A DNA stretch of 64,000 nucleotides from Nitrososphaeria archaeon (GCA_027078545.1 JALWXN010000001.1:18347-82346), one strand, 5' to 3'. Counted from the first letter of the stretch, positions 16,647 to 26,637 are shown. Notes: generated by a model from the sequence alone, not told the origin. Numbers and translations are program-made.

Positions 16647-18413
16647 CTACTCCACCCCTATCCTGCGCTGCCTCTTATACATCTCGATCACTTCCTCCTC
16701 CGTAGTTGCGTCCTCCGGCCTCTTGTCCAGCCTATACCTGCCTGTGAAGCGTGGGAATCTGAGGGCTAGGCCTACTCCCTCCTCTATCTTGTTGTATGCG
16801 CATGTATGTAGTGGGCTGAGGGTTATCTCCGCGGCTGTTATCTCTAGGACTATGGCTGGCTCTACCCACTTGTCGGGCTCCATCTTAGCCTCTACCCTGG
16901 CCGGCTTCTTATCCCTTAGGTATGGCTTTAACAGCTTGTTCATCTCAACTATGTCCTCGTCCTTGAAGCCTGTCCCTACTTTGCATATCGTTTTGAATAC
17001 GTCGTTCTCATGGTCGTATACAGCCATTAGGAAGCTGCTTAGGACCCCTGCCTTCCTGCCCCGACCGTAGAGCCCACCTACGACTACTAGGTCTAGGGTG
17101 TCTGTCAGTTCTGATCTGTAGTCCCTCTTGAGCTTTATCCATAGCCATCCCCTGGCCCCTGCCTGGTAGATAGAGTCGGGGCCGGTGCTCTTTATCATGA
17201 GCCCCTCCAGTCCCTGCTCCACGGATAGGTGGAAGAAGTCCCAGAGCTCCTTCACAGTCTTTGGGTATGTTATGTCTGAGGGGGCTATGTTCTCGTTGGT
17301 CTTGACGACCTCCTCCAGCCTCTTCCTCCTCTCTGGGAAGGTCTTGTTCATCAGGCTCTCTCCGTCGTATATAATGTCGAAGACTCTTAGGGAGACGGGT
17401 ATCTCCTTGGCTACTTGGTGGATGTCGTGCTTCCTCTTCCTCCTCATAAGTTCTTGGAAGGGTCTGAACTCGCCTGTCTCAGGGTCGATGGCCACTGCCT
17501 CCCCCTCTAGTATGCCTACCTCTAGGTCGACGTATCTCCTCACGACCTCTACTACGTCGGGGAATTGGTGGGTTATTCTCTCGAGCCTCCTGCTGAATAT
17601 CTCTATCTCGCCGTTGGGTAGGATGTGGATCTGCATCCTCTCCCCGTCGTATTTGAACTCCGCCGCTAGTCTCCCCCTGGTCTTCTCCCACGCCTCCTCT
17701 GGGCTCCTGACCCTCTCCGCCAGCATGGGCCTTACCGGTATGCCTGGCGTGACGTCCACCTTGTCGATTCCTTCCCAGCCCTCGGTGAAGAGGATCCTGG
17801 TTATCTCCCCGATGTCGGGTAGCCTGTTGTAGGCCCTCTCTATGCGGGGCTTCATCTCCCTGCTTCCCTTTGCATTGGCGAGTGCCTCGAGTATCGTCAT
17901 GTCAGCCACTCCTAGACGCATGTTCCCGTCGGCCAGCCTAGCTATGTACCGGGCCTCTAATGGGGTGGCGTCGACCAGGAGGCTTGTCAGGAGCTTGACC
18001 CTAGTCTCTATAGCCCCCTCCCCCTGTACCTTGGAGATCTTCTTGAAGGTCTGGTAGACCCTCTTCACCGTGAGCTCCTGTGTCAGGAATACCATCTGCC
18101 TCTTCCTCTTCATCATCTCCTCCGCCACTAGGCCTACGTCGCCGAGCTCGTTCAGCTTCTTCTCGACCACCTTCGTGTCGTACCCAGCGGCCTTGGCTAT
18201 GGCCCTGGTTATCAGCTTCTCGCTTAGCCCGAGCTCCCCACCCTTGTATGGAGGCTCGATCTCCCCGAGTAGGATATAGGAGATGTATGCGGCCTCCTCC
18301 GGATCATTAATAGTCCTATATAGCTCGGTAAGGATATTCACCATCTCTATCCTTCCAGTGGTCTTCTCAACCCTGAGGAGGTACCTAGCCAGGTCTTCGA
18401 ACTTCATGGACAA
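16647..18413 (-). CDS. lig: ATP-dependent DNA ligase
   Basis: 588 aa. Adenylation motif I 'EFKYDGERMQIH', 'EGEAVA', 'EGLMIK', 'WLWIKLKRDY', and a C-terminal OB domain. Confidence 0.95.
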   Translation of the reverse strand: MSMKFEDLARYLLRVEKTTGRIEMVNILTELYRTINDPEEAAYISYILLGEIEPPYKGGELGLSEKLITRAIAKAAGYDTKVVEKKLNELGDVGLVAEEMMKRKRQMVFLTQELTVKRVYQTFKKISKVQGEGAIETRVKLLTSLLVDATPLEARYIARLADGNMRLGVADMTILEALANAKGSREMKPRIERAYNRLPDIGEITRILFTEGWEGIDKVDVTPGIPVRPMLAERVRSPEEAWEKTRGRLAAEFKYDGERMQIHILPNGEIEIFSRRLERITHQFPDVVEVVRRYVDLEVGILEGEAVAIDPETGEFRPFQELMRRKRKHDIHQVAKEIPVSLRVFDIIYDGESLMNKTFPERRKRLEEVVKTNENIAPSDITYPKTVKELWDFFHLSVEQGLEGLMIKSTGPDSIYQAGARGWLWIKLKRDYRSELTDTLDLVVVGGLYGRGRKAGVLSSFLMAVYDHENDVFKTICKVGTGFKDEDIVEMNKLLKPYLRDKKPARVEAKMEPDKWVEPAIVLEITAAEITLSPLHTCAYNKIEEGVGLALRFPRFTGRYRLDKRPEDATTEEEVIEMYKRQRRIGVE

Positions 18414-18491
18414 AACATATTTGGCTATGGCGAACCTAATATAGTAGTCTAGAATCCGTGATGCCTGGTTTCTTAAGGGAGAGATATAAGG

Positions 18492-19784
18492 GTGGGCTGG
18501 TGGTTTAATTTGGGAGTGATGAGTGTCGAATGGGGGTTGATGATAGCGTCCATAATAATATTCATAGGCTTCATAGGCTCTGTCCTACTAAATAGGCATA
18601 ACATCCCAGACGCTATCTTCCTGATTATACTGGGTTATGTATTGGGACCTGGTCTGGGACTTGTCGATATAGAAATCCTCAAGGGGGCGGCACCCTACAT
18701 AGGGGCAGTTGCCCTGATCTCAATCATGTTTGAGAGCAGTTTTGGGATAAATATTCGGGAGTTGTTTGCGTCTGCGAAGCCTGCCCTGATACTCGCCTTC
18801 GGCGGATTTGCCCTGTCTACCCTGGCGACTACTCTTCTCTTATACTATGTCATAGGCTTCTACCCTGACAATATCCTGATGAGTCTTCTTGTGGGCACTA
18901 TCATAGGTGGTGGTAGTGGTGCTATCATCGTAAGCGTTATACAGAGGATAAGCGTTCCTACCAAGGTACAGGTCACCCTGAGTATAGAGTCTGTTCTAAC
19001 CGATGTTCTCGTCATCATATTTACAGAGACGGTTCTACTAATCATCACGCTACAAATGCTTCAGAATGGGGTTACCCTAGACCTCAGAAATGTAGGAGGG
19101 AGCATAGCATCAAGCTTCTCCATAAGCGTTGTCCTTGGAGTTCTAGCTGGTTGGATACTGGCTAATCTTTTGGATAGGTTTAAGAAGGAGAAGCATGTCT
19201 ATACGATGACAATTGCCTATCTTATCCTAATTTATGTAGCCACCCAGAGCCTCAACGGTAGCGGTGCCATTGCTGTGCTCACATGTGGTATTGTCCTGAC
19301 GAACTTTAGGCATATACCGTTTCTCTTCGAGAAGAGGAGTCCGGAGAGCCTCACCTACCAGCTCTACTCACTAGAATCTATGCACTCAGAGCTTACCCTA
19401 CTGCTTAAGATCTTCTTCTTCGTGGAGGTAGGAATAATCATGAATATTAGGGATCTATGGACGATCGTCATATCCCTACTCCTATCGGTAATTCTGTTTC
19501 TAGTTAGATTCCCCGTCTCCCTTCTTGTCGCTAAGAGCCTCAATTTCGGTGAGGCTAGCCTTGTACCCGCCGAGATAATATCCTTCTCATATGCCAGAGG
19601 TTTAGCAGCTGCTGTCATGGCTGTTAGGGTTCAGAATGAGTTTGAACTAGTGTTTGGAGAGCTTTTTTCAGAAGCTGTGGAGTTTATCCTGCAGGTTACA
19701 TCGGGTGTGATCCTCTTCACTAATCTATTCTTTACCGTTGGCATAGCGCTCCTGAGGAATAAGGTTAGGGAGTTCTACTACTGA
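18492..19784 (+). CDS. Cation:proton antiporter (CPA1/NhaP-like Na+/H+ exchanger)
   Basis: 430 aa with about 11-12 hydrophobic helices. 'FLIILGYVLGP', 'ALISIMFESSF' and 'ESVLTDVLVI' resemble Na+/H+ exchanger family motifs. GC is noticeably lower than in neighbouring genes. Confidence 0.75.
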   Translation: MGWWFNLGVMSVEWGLMIASIIIFIGFIGSVLLNRHNIPDAIFLIILGYVLGPGLGLVDIEILKGAAPYIGAVALISIMFESSFGINIRELFASAKPALILAFGGFALSTLATTLLLYYVIGFYPDNILMSLLVGTIIGGGSGAIIVSVIQRISVPTKVQVTLSIESVLTDVLVIIFTETVLLIITLQMLQNGVTLDLRNVGGSIASSFSISVVLGVLAGWILANLLDRFKKEKHVYTMTIAYLILIYVATQSLNGSGAIAVLTCGIVLTNFRHIPFLFEKRSPESLTYQLYSLESMHSELTLLLKIFFFVEVGIIMNIRDLWTIVISLLLSVILFLVRFPVSLLVAKSLNFGEASLVPAEIISFSYARGLAAAVMAVRVQNEFELVFGELFSEAVEFILQVTSGVILFTNLFFTVGIALLRNKVREFYY

Positions 19785-19785
19785 G

Positions 19786-19790
19786 TTTTT
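19786..19790 (+). terminator. Oligo-T tract downstream of the antiporter gene
   Basis: A T5 run begins 2 nt after the TGA stop. Archaeal termination commonly occurs at oligo-T tracts. Confidence 0.35.
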
Positions 19791-19834
19791 CATCTAACCT
19801 CACGATATTGGAAAAAGATGTTTGGGGGTTCGGG

Positions 19835-20404
19835 CTAGGTATACTCTATTAGTCCTGCGTCGATAAGCTTCTTCTGGAGCTTCTTCACCGCCCTGTACAC
19901 CTCCTCCTCGCTCCTCGCACCTGTACATACTATTTTTCCGCTGGAGAAGAGGAGTATCACGACGTTTGGGTCGTCCATCCTATATATGAGGCCTGGGAAC
20001 TCCTCGGGCTCGTAGATGGTGAACTCTAGCTCGTAGGCGGCTCCCTCGAGGTCTATGTATCCCTTCAGGTTTCCCGATGCGACTACATTCTCTATCTTTA
20101 CCTCGGGCTTCACCCCTGTGAGTATGCCCTTCTCCTCAAACTGTTTTATAAGCTTGTTTACAGCCTGTTTGACTGCTGACTCGGTCTTCGCCCCTGTTAT
20201 TACCATGTTTCCTGAGCCGAATATGAGTATCGCGGTCCTAGGCCTGTCTAGCCTATAGACTAGTCCGGGGAATCTCCTGGGGTCATACTCCGCCTGTGGT
20301 ATCTTCTCGAGGATCTTGCGCAGGTTGATATCCTGTCCAAGCTTCACGGTAGCCACTACATTCACTATTTGTACATCCGGCTCGACAGGAACGTCATCCG
20401 CCAT
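19835..20404 (-). CDS. tbp: TATA-box binding protein
   Basis: 189 aa with two direct TBP repeats: 'IVNVVATVKLGQDINL..FPGLVYRL..P..A.LIFGSGNMVITGAK' and 'IENVVASGNLKG..DLE..FPGLIYRM..P..V.LLFSSGKIVCTGAR'. Confidence 0.95.
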   Translation of the reverse strand: MADDVPVEPDVQIVNVVATVKLGQDINLRKILEKIPQAEYDPRRFPGLVYRLDRPRTAILIFGSGNMVITGAKTESAVKQAVNKLIKQFEEKGILTGVKPEVKIENVVASGNLKGYIDLEGAAYELEFTIYEPEEFPGLIYRMDDPNVVILLFSSGKIVCTGARSEEEVYRAVKKLQKKLIDAGLIEYT

Positions 20405-20413
20405 TTAAAAACA

Positions 20414-20440
20414 CCTTTATAAAGGTATATTAACCCGTCA
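20414..20440 (-). promoter_or_regulatory. tbp promoter region (TATA-like elements)
   Basis: The minus strand reads GGTTAATATACCTTTATAAAGG. The 'TTAATATA' element is centred about 27 nt upstream of the ATG, consistent with a leaderless mRNA. Confidence 0.45.
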
Positions 20441-20458
20441 CGGGGTTAATAATCTAAT

Positions 20459-21043
20459 CTATTCTTCCTCCTCCACCTCGGCCTCTATACAATCGTAGAC
20501 CTGGAACTCCTCCACCTCCTCCTCTTCCTTCCTCTTCAGATAATCCCTATACTCCAGGTAGATCATGGCGAGAACTATGAGTAGTATAATTCCGTAGCGC
20601 ATTAGGGGTGAGGATGTGAATATCCTTGTTATTATACCGAGTTGGGGTATGACGAAGACAACCCTGCCGATTATATACTCATCTGTCAATGTCCATGGGT
20701 CGTTGAGATTATTGTTATCCCCCTTGGTTATGAAGCCTCTCTCCCCATTTGGGAGGATGATTATGTCGACTACTCGGTGAACTATCGGTACTGGGCCTCC
20801 AGTGGGGTTTCTAAACACTATTATGTCTCCTACCTCGATATCGTCTGGATCTACACCTACAACCACTATTATGTCGTTTACCTTTAGGGTTGGCTCCATA
20901 CTCCTCGAGATGACGACCATGAAGGGTGTCTCGGTACCTAACACGGCTTTGAATACTGTTGGGAGGCCGAAGACTATGAATATTGTGATTATGAGTATGG
21001 CGGCTATCCTTATAGCTAGGCCCTTGTCTACCTGTCTCTCCAT
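20459..21043 (-). CDS. Signal peptidase I, archaeal Sec11/SPC21 type
   Basis: 194 aa. N-terminal TM helix, catalytic Ser context 'VISRSMEPTLKVNDIIVV', 'HRVV', 'TKGDNN', a C-terminal TM helix and an acidic tail. Confidence 0.8.
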   Translation of the reverse strand: MERQVDKGLAIRIAAILIITIFIVFGLPTVFKAVLGTETPFMVVISRSMEPTLKVNDIIVVVGVDPDDIEVGDIIVFRNPTGGPVPIVHRVVDIIILPNGERGFITKGDNNNLNDPWTLTDEYIIGRVVFVIPQLGIITRIFTSSPLMRYGIILLIVLAMIYLEYRDYLKRKEEEEVEEFQVYDCIEAEVEEEE

Positions 21044-21044
21044 C

Positions 21045-21341
21045 TCATGCTCCCTTTATGATGGTCAGGGCTATTGAGAGGAATAGTAGTCCCCAGCCCA
21101 GTATGAGGATTATCTTGAAATACTTCTTCACTGACTCGATCATGACTAGGAGTATGTAGATTGCTGTTATGCTTATTAGGAAGGTTATTATGTCGCCGTA
21201 CATAACTGCTATCTCGGGCGCCTCCTTGAAGAGTGTGTTCTCAAGGATGAATGTTATTATGTCCCTGATGAAGTAGTATATGGCATATAGGAAGTTGATG
21301 AGGGCCTCTGTAGTTATGGGGAATGTTGGTGCCTCGGCCAC
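21045..21341 (-). CDS. Small hypothetical membrane protein
   Basis: 98 aa with about three hydrophobic helices. Its stop lies 1 nt from the signal peptidase start. Confidence 0.45.
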   Translation of the reverse strand: MAEAPTFPITTEALINFLYAIYYFIRDIITFILENTLFKEAPEIAVMYGDIITFLISITAIYILLVMIESVKKYFKIILILGWGLLFLSIALTIIKGA

Positions 21342-21377
21342 TACGGATCACCCTTAAAGAGATAATAATCTCTTCTT

Positions 21378-21932
21378 CTAGTCAATTAAAGCTTCTTTCG
21401 GCTCCTCATAGAAGCGTCCAAACATGTAGAGCAGGGCTATCAGGCCGACTATCCCCGTCACCACCCTGAGCCTCAGAACCCAGTTGGGCATCTCAAGTGG
21501 TTTAAAGGTGACCTCCACCACAGCCTCACTAGAATTCACGAGCCTGAATTCCGCGGCATAATTGGCGTTGATACTCGCAGTCACCACTCTTTTATAGCTC
21601 CCCTCCTCAAGCACCTTTGTACCGTCGATTATCCTGTAGCGTGTTATTGCGGGGTTGAACTCGCTCCTCAGGTTTGGCTTAAGTATGTATGCCTTCATGA
21701 CATATGCGACCCTCCCCCTCTCCACGTCGAGTAAAACCTCGATCTTGTCGCCACTCTCTAGCTGGATAACCGCCAACCCCTCCTGGTTCAAGGGGCTTCT
21801 ATCGTTGAGTGTAATGGTTTCTGTCTTTGTGAACAGTATGTTGACCACTTGGGGGGCTAGGAGGAAGAGGATGATACTGGCTATACCTGCAAAGATAACT
21901 ATCTTGTCTAGAGTTGAGAGGCGCCTCATCAT
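21378..21932 (-). CDS. Hypothetical bitopic membrane protein
   Basis: 184 aa. N- and C-terminal TM helices flank a beta-rich domain. First gene of the three-gene minus-strand cluster. Confidence 0.45.
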   Translation of the reverse strand: MMRRLSTLDKIVIFAGIASIILFLLAPQVVNILFTKTETITLNDRSPLNQEGLAVIQLESGDKIEVLLDVERGRVAYVMKAYILKPNLRSEFNPAITRYRIIDGTKVLEEGSYKRVVTASINANYAAEFRLVNSSEAVVEVTFKPLEMPNWVLRLRVVTGIVGLIALLYMFGRFYEEPKEALID

Positions 21933-22026
21933 CTCTTACCGACTATTATAATGCTGTGTCTAGGGATAAGACGGTGTGTTTAGACGTGTATGTGTGGCTC
22001 AACCTTGAAATATAAAGGGTCGTACC

Positions 22027-23124
22027 GTGATATTTTTAGAAGTAGTAGCCGCAGGTGGTGTGATGGCGGTCGTTAGATACCTCGCCTTTAGAATTGTGAA
22101 TGCCCTCATCATACTGTTCCTAGTCCTGCTCATCACAGCGGTAATGATGAATGAGTATGTCGAGGATCAGATCAGGACTGATATCAGGGAGAGGGCATAC
22201 CAGGAGATATATAGGAATCCTCAGTATGCCCAGTGGACTGAGGAGCAGAAGCAGAGGGCTGTACAGGAACGTATAAAGTTTTATGAGAGGCAGTATGGTC
22301 TTGACCAGCCCTACTATGTTAGGGTGTTATACCGGACCGTAGACGCGATGATGTTCAACTTTGGTAACGCGATGGTTCTGAAGAGTGCCGGTGGATCGCC
22401 GGTGGTGTCCGACATTATTCTTGAGGCGTTGCCGAGGACTATCCTACTGTTCACCACTGGTACTATCATCACGATCGTCATAGGCATATTACTGGGTATT
22501 AAGGCGGCTACTAAAGTAGGCTCACTGCTAGATAGAACGATATCGACATTCGCGATGTTCACATACAGCCTACCCATGTGGTGGGTGGGCATGATCTTCA
22601 TCTTCTACTTCTCATACACATTAGGTATATTCCCATCAGGAGGTATGGTTAGTATACCCCCTCCTGAGGAGCCTATGGCATATGCCCTAGATGTCCTGTA
22701 TCACTTGGCCCTGCCGCTGATAGTCTTCGTCTTCGTAAACTTCGGTGGCTGGAGCTACGCAACTAGGAGTATCGTGCTCAACGTCTTGACCGAGGACTTC
22801 GTGAACACGGCCAGGGCCAAGGGTGTGCCTGAGAGGAAGATTCTCTATGGCCATGTCCTAAGGACGGCTAGTCCGCCTATCGTTACCTCGACGACCCTGG
22901 CCATTCTCGGCTCGATAGGCGGCGCTATTATCACGGAGGCTGTATTCAACTGGCCGGGTATTGGTAGGCTCTTCTACCAAGCCATCCTCAATGGTGATAT
23001 GCCTGTAGTAATTGGTCTGACCTACATATCCACCTTCCTCTACGTCTTCGCCATACTGGCTCTGGACTTTGCGTATGCCCTGCTAGACCCGAGGATCAAG
23101 GTCGGTGTGGGAGGCGGTAGATAG
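22027..23124 (+). CDS. Peptide/oligopeptide ABC transporter permease (DppB/OppB-like)
   Basis: 365 aa. Contains the EAA-loop region 'EDFVNTARAKGVPERKILYGHVLRTA'. Confidence 0.9.
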   Translation: MIFLEVVAAGGVMAVVRYLAFRIVNALIILFLVLLITAVMMNEYVEDQIRTDIRERAYQEIYRNPQYAQWTEEQKQRAVQERIKFYERQYGLDQPYYVRVLYRTVDAMMFNFGNAMVLKSAGGSPVVSDIILEALPRTILLFTTGTIITIVIGILLGIKAATKVGSLLDRTISTFAMFTYSLPMWWVGMIFIFYFSYTLGIFPSGGMVSIPPPEEPMAYALDVLYHLALPLIVFVFVNFGGWSYATRSIVLNVLTEDFVNTARAKGVPERKILYGHVLRTASPPIVTSTTLAILGSIGGAIITEAVFNWPGIGRLFYQAILNGDMPVVIGLTYISTFLYVFAILALDFAYALLDPRIKVGVGGGR

Positions 23125-24539
23125 TGTATGGGATGGGTATTAAGGACATAGTATCGGAGTTCCTGCGTTTCAAGAGTGGGCTGATCGGCGTCTTCCTCCT
23201 ACTAATCATTGTAGGGATGGCTATCGCTGCCCCGGTAATCAGTGATGAAGAGGCGGGTTACCGCTGGTATGACATCGAGTGGTGGACAGAGAAGAACATC
23301 CCTAAGGGTGTCCCACCTGAGTGGATAGGTATTATCGAGGGTAGGGAGTATGCATCTACCACTGAGTTTACGTATACCATACCTAGTAGGGATGGCTTCA
23401 GATTTACCTTCAACATATCGTATGACATGACGGCGGACGTCCCGCCCTCGGACATAATCCTATATATAAACGTGTCGAAGGCTGAGGGTGCTGCGGATGA
23501 GGAGTATATCGTGATCATGAGTATCTATAGGCCTGACGGCACAAAGATCGACCGTGTCCTCGACCTGACCACAGCGGCTCCCTTGGCTAAGATTACGATC
23601 TCCACAGATGATAGGGCTAGATCCACGATAGTGACCTTCATGAAGAAATATGATCCTGAAAACTTCGAGGATATCACGTCTCGTGGCCTCCTGGAGGTTA
23701 TAGATATTGTTAAGATCTTATTCTCGGAGGCTCAGGAGGATGTTCTTCTAGAGAAGGCGCCTCCTCTTAAGGGGGAGTATAAGTTTGAGATCACCCTCTT
23801 CAGGAGAAGTACCAATGTAACCTTTAACGAGGCTAAGCTGGTGGTTCTAGGCTCTGCATACGGTATCTTCGGGACTGACAGTTTCGGAAGGGATATCTTT
23901 GTGGGTATTATCTGGGGGGCTAGGATAGCTCTCGTCCTAGGCCTCGTCGTAGCTATAGTCAGCGTCTTGATAGGGGTTGTCTATGGAACGGTTAGTGCAT
24001 ATGTGGGTGGATGGACGGATGAGGTCCTCCAGCGTATACAGGAGTTCGCAATCTCAATCCCCCTCCTACCACTACTCCTGATCCTGGCATACACCTTTAA
24101 GCCCACGATATGGAACCTTATACTTCTGCTCATAGTATTCTCGTGGCCAGGCCCTGTAAAGACTATCCGCAGCATGGCCCTGCAGATACGTGAGCAGCTC
24201 TATATAACGGCTGCTAAGGCGGTAGGTGCCTCGACCTCTAGGATAGTGCTTAGATATATCCTTCCACAGATACTGCCATACACCTTCGCACTGGTGGCCT
24301 TCGCCGTCCCAGGAGCTATCCTGACCGAGGCCGGTGTAAGCTTCCTACTAGGTGCACAGGGTACGCTGGAGATTACCTGGGGACGTATACTGAGTGACGC
24401 TGAGAGGAAGAGCGCGGTTCTCACTGGTATGTGGTGGTGGGTCCTCCCGCCAGGCCTCATGATAGCCATATCTGGCCTGGCCTTCGTCTTGATAGGCACT
24501 GCTCTGGATCGTGTCCTCAACCCGAGACTGCTCAGGTGA
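23124..24539 (+). CDS. Peptide ABC transporter permease (DppC/OppC-like) with a large extracytoplasmic insertion after TM1
   Basis: 471 aa. About 200 aa of non-membrane sequence follow the first TM helix. The C-terminal half has the BPD permease core with 'LYITAAKAVGASTSRIVLRYILPQ'. Confidence 0.9.
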   Translation: MYGMGIKDIVSEFLRFKSGLIGVFLLLIIVGMAIAAPVISDEEAGYRWYDIEWWTEKNIPKGVPPEWIGIIEGREYASTTEFTYTIPSRDGFRFTFNISYDMTADVPPSDIILYINVSKAEGAADEEYIVIMSIYRPDGTKIDRVLDLTTAAPLAKITISTDDRARSTIVTFMKKYDPENFEDITSRGLLEVIDIVKILFSEAQEDVLLEKAPPLKGEYKFEITLFRRSTNVTFNEAKLVVLGSAYGIFGTDSFGRDIFVGIIWGARIALVLGLVVAIVSVLIGVVYGTVSAYVGGWTDEVLQRIQEFAISIPLLPLLLILAYTFKPTIWNLILLLIVFSWPGPVKTIRSMALQIREQLYITAAKAVGASTSRIVLRYILPQILPYTFALVAFAVPGAILTEAGVSFLLGAQGTLEITWGRILSDAERKSAVLTGMWWWVLPPGLMIAISGLAFVLIGTALDRVLNPRLLR

Positions 24540-24546
24540 TCTGGCC

Positions 24547-25506
24547 ATGTCGTCCGACCTAGCACTGGATGTGAGGGATCTAAAGGTATACTACTACACC
24601 TATGCAGGTGTAGTGAAGGCAGTGGAGGGTGTCTCCTTCCAGCTCCGGAAGGGTGAGACCCTCGGGCTGGCCGGTGAGTCTGGGTGTGGCAAGAGTACGC
24701 TGGGCTTCTCTTTGATGAACCTAGTCCCCCCGCCCGGCAGGATAGCTGGTGGGAGCATCTACCTAGACGGTATGGATATCGCGAAGATGAGTGAGGAGGA
24801 GCTTAGGAGGAAGATTAGGTGGAAGAAGATCAGCATGGTCTTCCAGGGGGCTATGAACGCATTGACACCAGTATACAAGATTGGTGACCAGCTGGCCGAG
24901 CCCCTCATGGTCCATAAGGGGCTGGAGAAGAATGAGGCTATAGAGGAGGCCAAGAAGATCCTCCCCAAGGTCGGCCTCGACCCAGAGATTGTGAATAGGT
25001 ATCCACATGAGCTTAGCGGTGGGATGAAGCAGCGTGTAATGATTGCTATGGCCCTTGTCCTGAGGCCGGAGGTCGTCATAGCTGATGAGCCTACAACGGC
25101 TCTAGACGTGATTGTCCAGGCCCAGATCCTCAACCTCCTGAAGAGCCTTAAGAAGGAATTCAACATCAGCTTGATACTCATCTCGCACGACCTGAGTATC
25201 ATGGCTGAGGTGGTTGAGAGGCTAGCGATAATGTATGCAGGTAAGATGGTGGAGATAGGCTCCAGCGATGAGCTCTTCGCGGATCCCAAGCATCCCTATA
25301 CTCAGGGCCTCCTAAAGAGTATCCCCAAACTGACTGAGAAGGGCCTCCACTACATCCCTGGAACGCCTCCAGACCTTAGGAACCCGCCCCAGGGATGTAG
25401 GTTCGCCGATAGGTGTCCATTCGTATTTGATAAGTGTAGGCGGGAGGAGCCCCCGATGTTCAAGGTGGGGGAGACCCAGTATGCCGCGTGCTGGCTATAT
25501 GAGTAG
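24547..25506 (+). CDS. Peptide ABC transporter ATP-binding protein (DppD/OppD-like)
   Basis: Walker A 'GESGCGKST', signature 'LSGGMKQR', Walker B 'VIADEPTTALD', and a C-terminal oligopeptide-type extension 'HPYTQGLL...CRFADRCP'. The ATG at 24547 is preferred over the track start at 24511. Confidence 0.9.
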   Translation: MSSDLALDVRDLKVYYYTYAGVVKAVEGVSFQLRKGETLGLAGESGCGKSTLGFSLMNLVPPPGRIAGGSIYLDGMDIAKMSEEELRRKIRWKKISMVFQGAMNALTPVYKIGDQLAEPLMVHKGLEKNEAIEEAKKILPKVGLDPEIVNRYPHELSGGMKQRVMIAMALVLRPEVVIADEPTTALDVIVQAQILNLLKSLKKEFNISLILISHDLSIMAEVVERLAIMYAGKMVEIGSSDELFADPKHPYTQGLLKSIPKLTEKGLHYIPGTPPDLRNPPQGCRFADRCPFVFDKCRREEPPMFKVGETQYAACWLYE

Positions 25507-25518
25507 GAGGTGGGCATC

Positions 25519-26637
25519 ATGACAAAGGAGTTCACCCCCCAGGACTATGTGAAGGAGCTTGGCGAGGATGATCTCCTCGCTGTGAGGGACCTTGTGAAAT
25601 ACTTCCCTATACGCCGCTCCGTCATCGACGTGATAGCTAGGCGTAGGCAGAAATTTGTAAGGGCTGTTGACCACATCTCATTCGACATAAAGAAGGGTGT
25701 GATCTTCTCCCTCGTAGGTGAGTCAGGCTGTGGTAAGACCACCACGGGAATGACGCTTGTACGTCTATACGACCCTACCTCTGGCCACATATTCTTCAAG
25801 GTTGATGAGGAGACGAGGAAGAAGCTAGACGACATCTCCGGTGGCAGGATAAAGTTCTACGATGGATACGTGGACCTTGCACAGGTGCCTAGTAAGTGGA
25901 TGAAGCCGCTCAGGACGAAGCTCCAGATCATCTTCCAAGACCCATACTCCTCACTCAACCCTGCATATAGGATTAGGGACATATTGATGGAGCCCCTCAT
26001 AATACATGGCATAGGTGACAGCCCTGAGGAGAGGTATGAGATCATACTGAAGGCCCTTGAGGCGGTTAAGCTTGTCCCCGCCGAGGATATTGCGAACCGC
26101 TTCCCCCACATGCTCAGCGGTGGCCAGAGGCAGCGTGTAAACATTGCGAAGGCCCTACTCCTAAACCCCTCATTCGTGGTTGCTGATGAGCCTATAGCCA
26201 TGATAGACGTCTCGCTCAGGGCTGAGGTTCTACTCTCGATCCTAGACCTCAAGGAGAAGTTCGGTGTCAGCGTCCTATTCATCACACACGACCTGACCAT
26301 AGCCTATAACATCAGCGACTATATCGGGGTGATGTATCTAGGTAAGCTGGTGGAGCTGGGCTCGGCCGAGCAGATCATTAAAAACCCGCTACACCCGTAT
26401 ACACAGGCATTGGTAGCGGCTATACCCATCCCAGACCCAAAGAGGAGGCACATCATAAAGGACATAAGGATCAAGGGCGAGATCACGAGTGCGGTCAACG
26501 TACCCCCTGGCTGCCGCTTCCACCCGAGATGCGTTGCCTTCGACGAGCATCCCGAGGTTCAGGCTAGGTGTAAAGCCGAGGAACCCAGGCTTATAGAGGT
26601 AGAGAAGGGCCACTACGTCGCTTGCCACCTCTACTAA
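25519..26637 (+). CDS. Peptide ABC transporter ATP-binding protein (DppF/OppF-like)
   Basis: Walker A 'GESGCGKTT', 'LSGGQRQR', 'VVADEPIAMID', 'HPYTQALV...CRFHPRC'. The ATG at 25519 lies 7 nt after 'GGAGGTG'. Confidence 0.9.
   Translation: MTKEFTPQDYVKELGEDDLLAVRDLVKYFPIRRSVIDVIARRRQKFVRAVDHISFDIKKGVIFSLVGESGCGKTTTGMTLVRLYDPTSGHIFFKVDEETRKKLDDISGGRIKFYDGYVDLAQVPSKWMKPLRTKLQIIFQDPYSSLNPAYRIRDILMEPLIIHGIGDSPEERYEIILKALEAVKLVPAEDIANRFPHMLSGGQRQRVNIAKALLLNPSFVVADEPIAMIDVSLRAEVLLSILDLKEKFGVSVLFITHDLTIAYNISDYIGVMYLGKLVELGSAEQIIKNPLHPYTQALVAAIPIPDPKRRHIIKDIRIKGEITSAVNVPPGCRFHPRCVAFDEHPEVQARCKAEEPRLIEVEKGHYVACHLY

Noticed and set aside
18519-18560. UGAUGA-like boxes (GTGATGA ... TTGATGA) at the 5' end of the antiporter ORF as a C/D sRNA
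   Set aside because: There are no CUGA D/D' boxes at 12-nt spacing, and the sequence lies within the coding region (MSVEWGLMIAS...).
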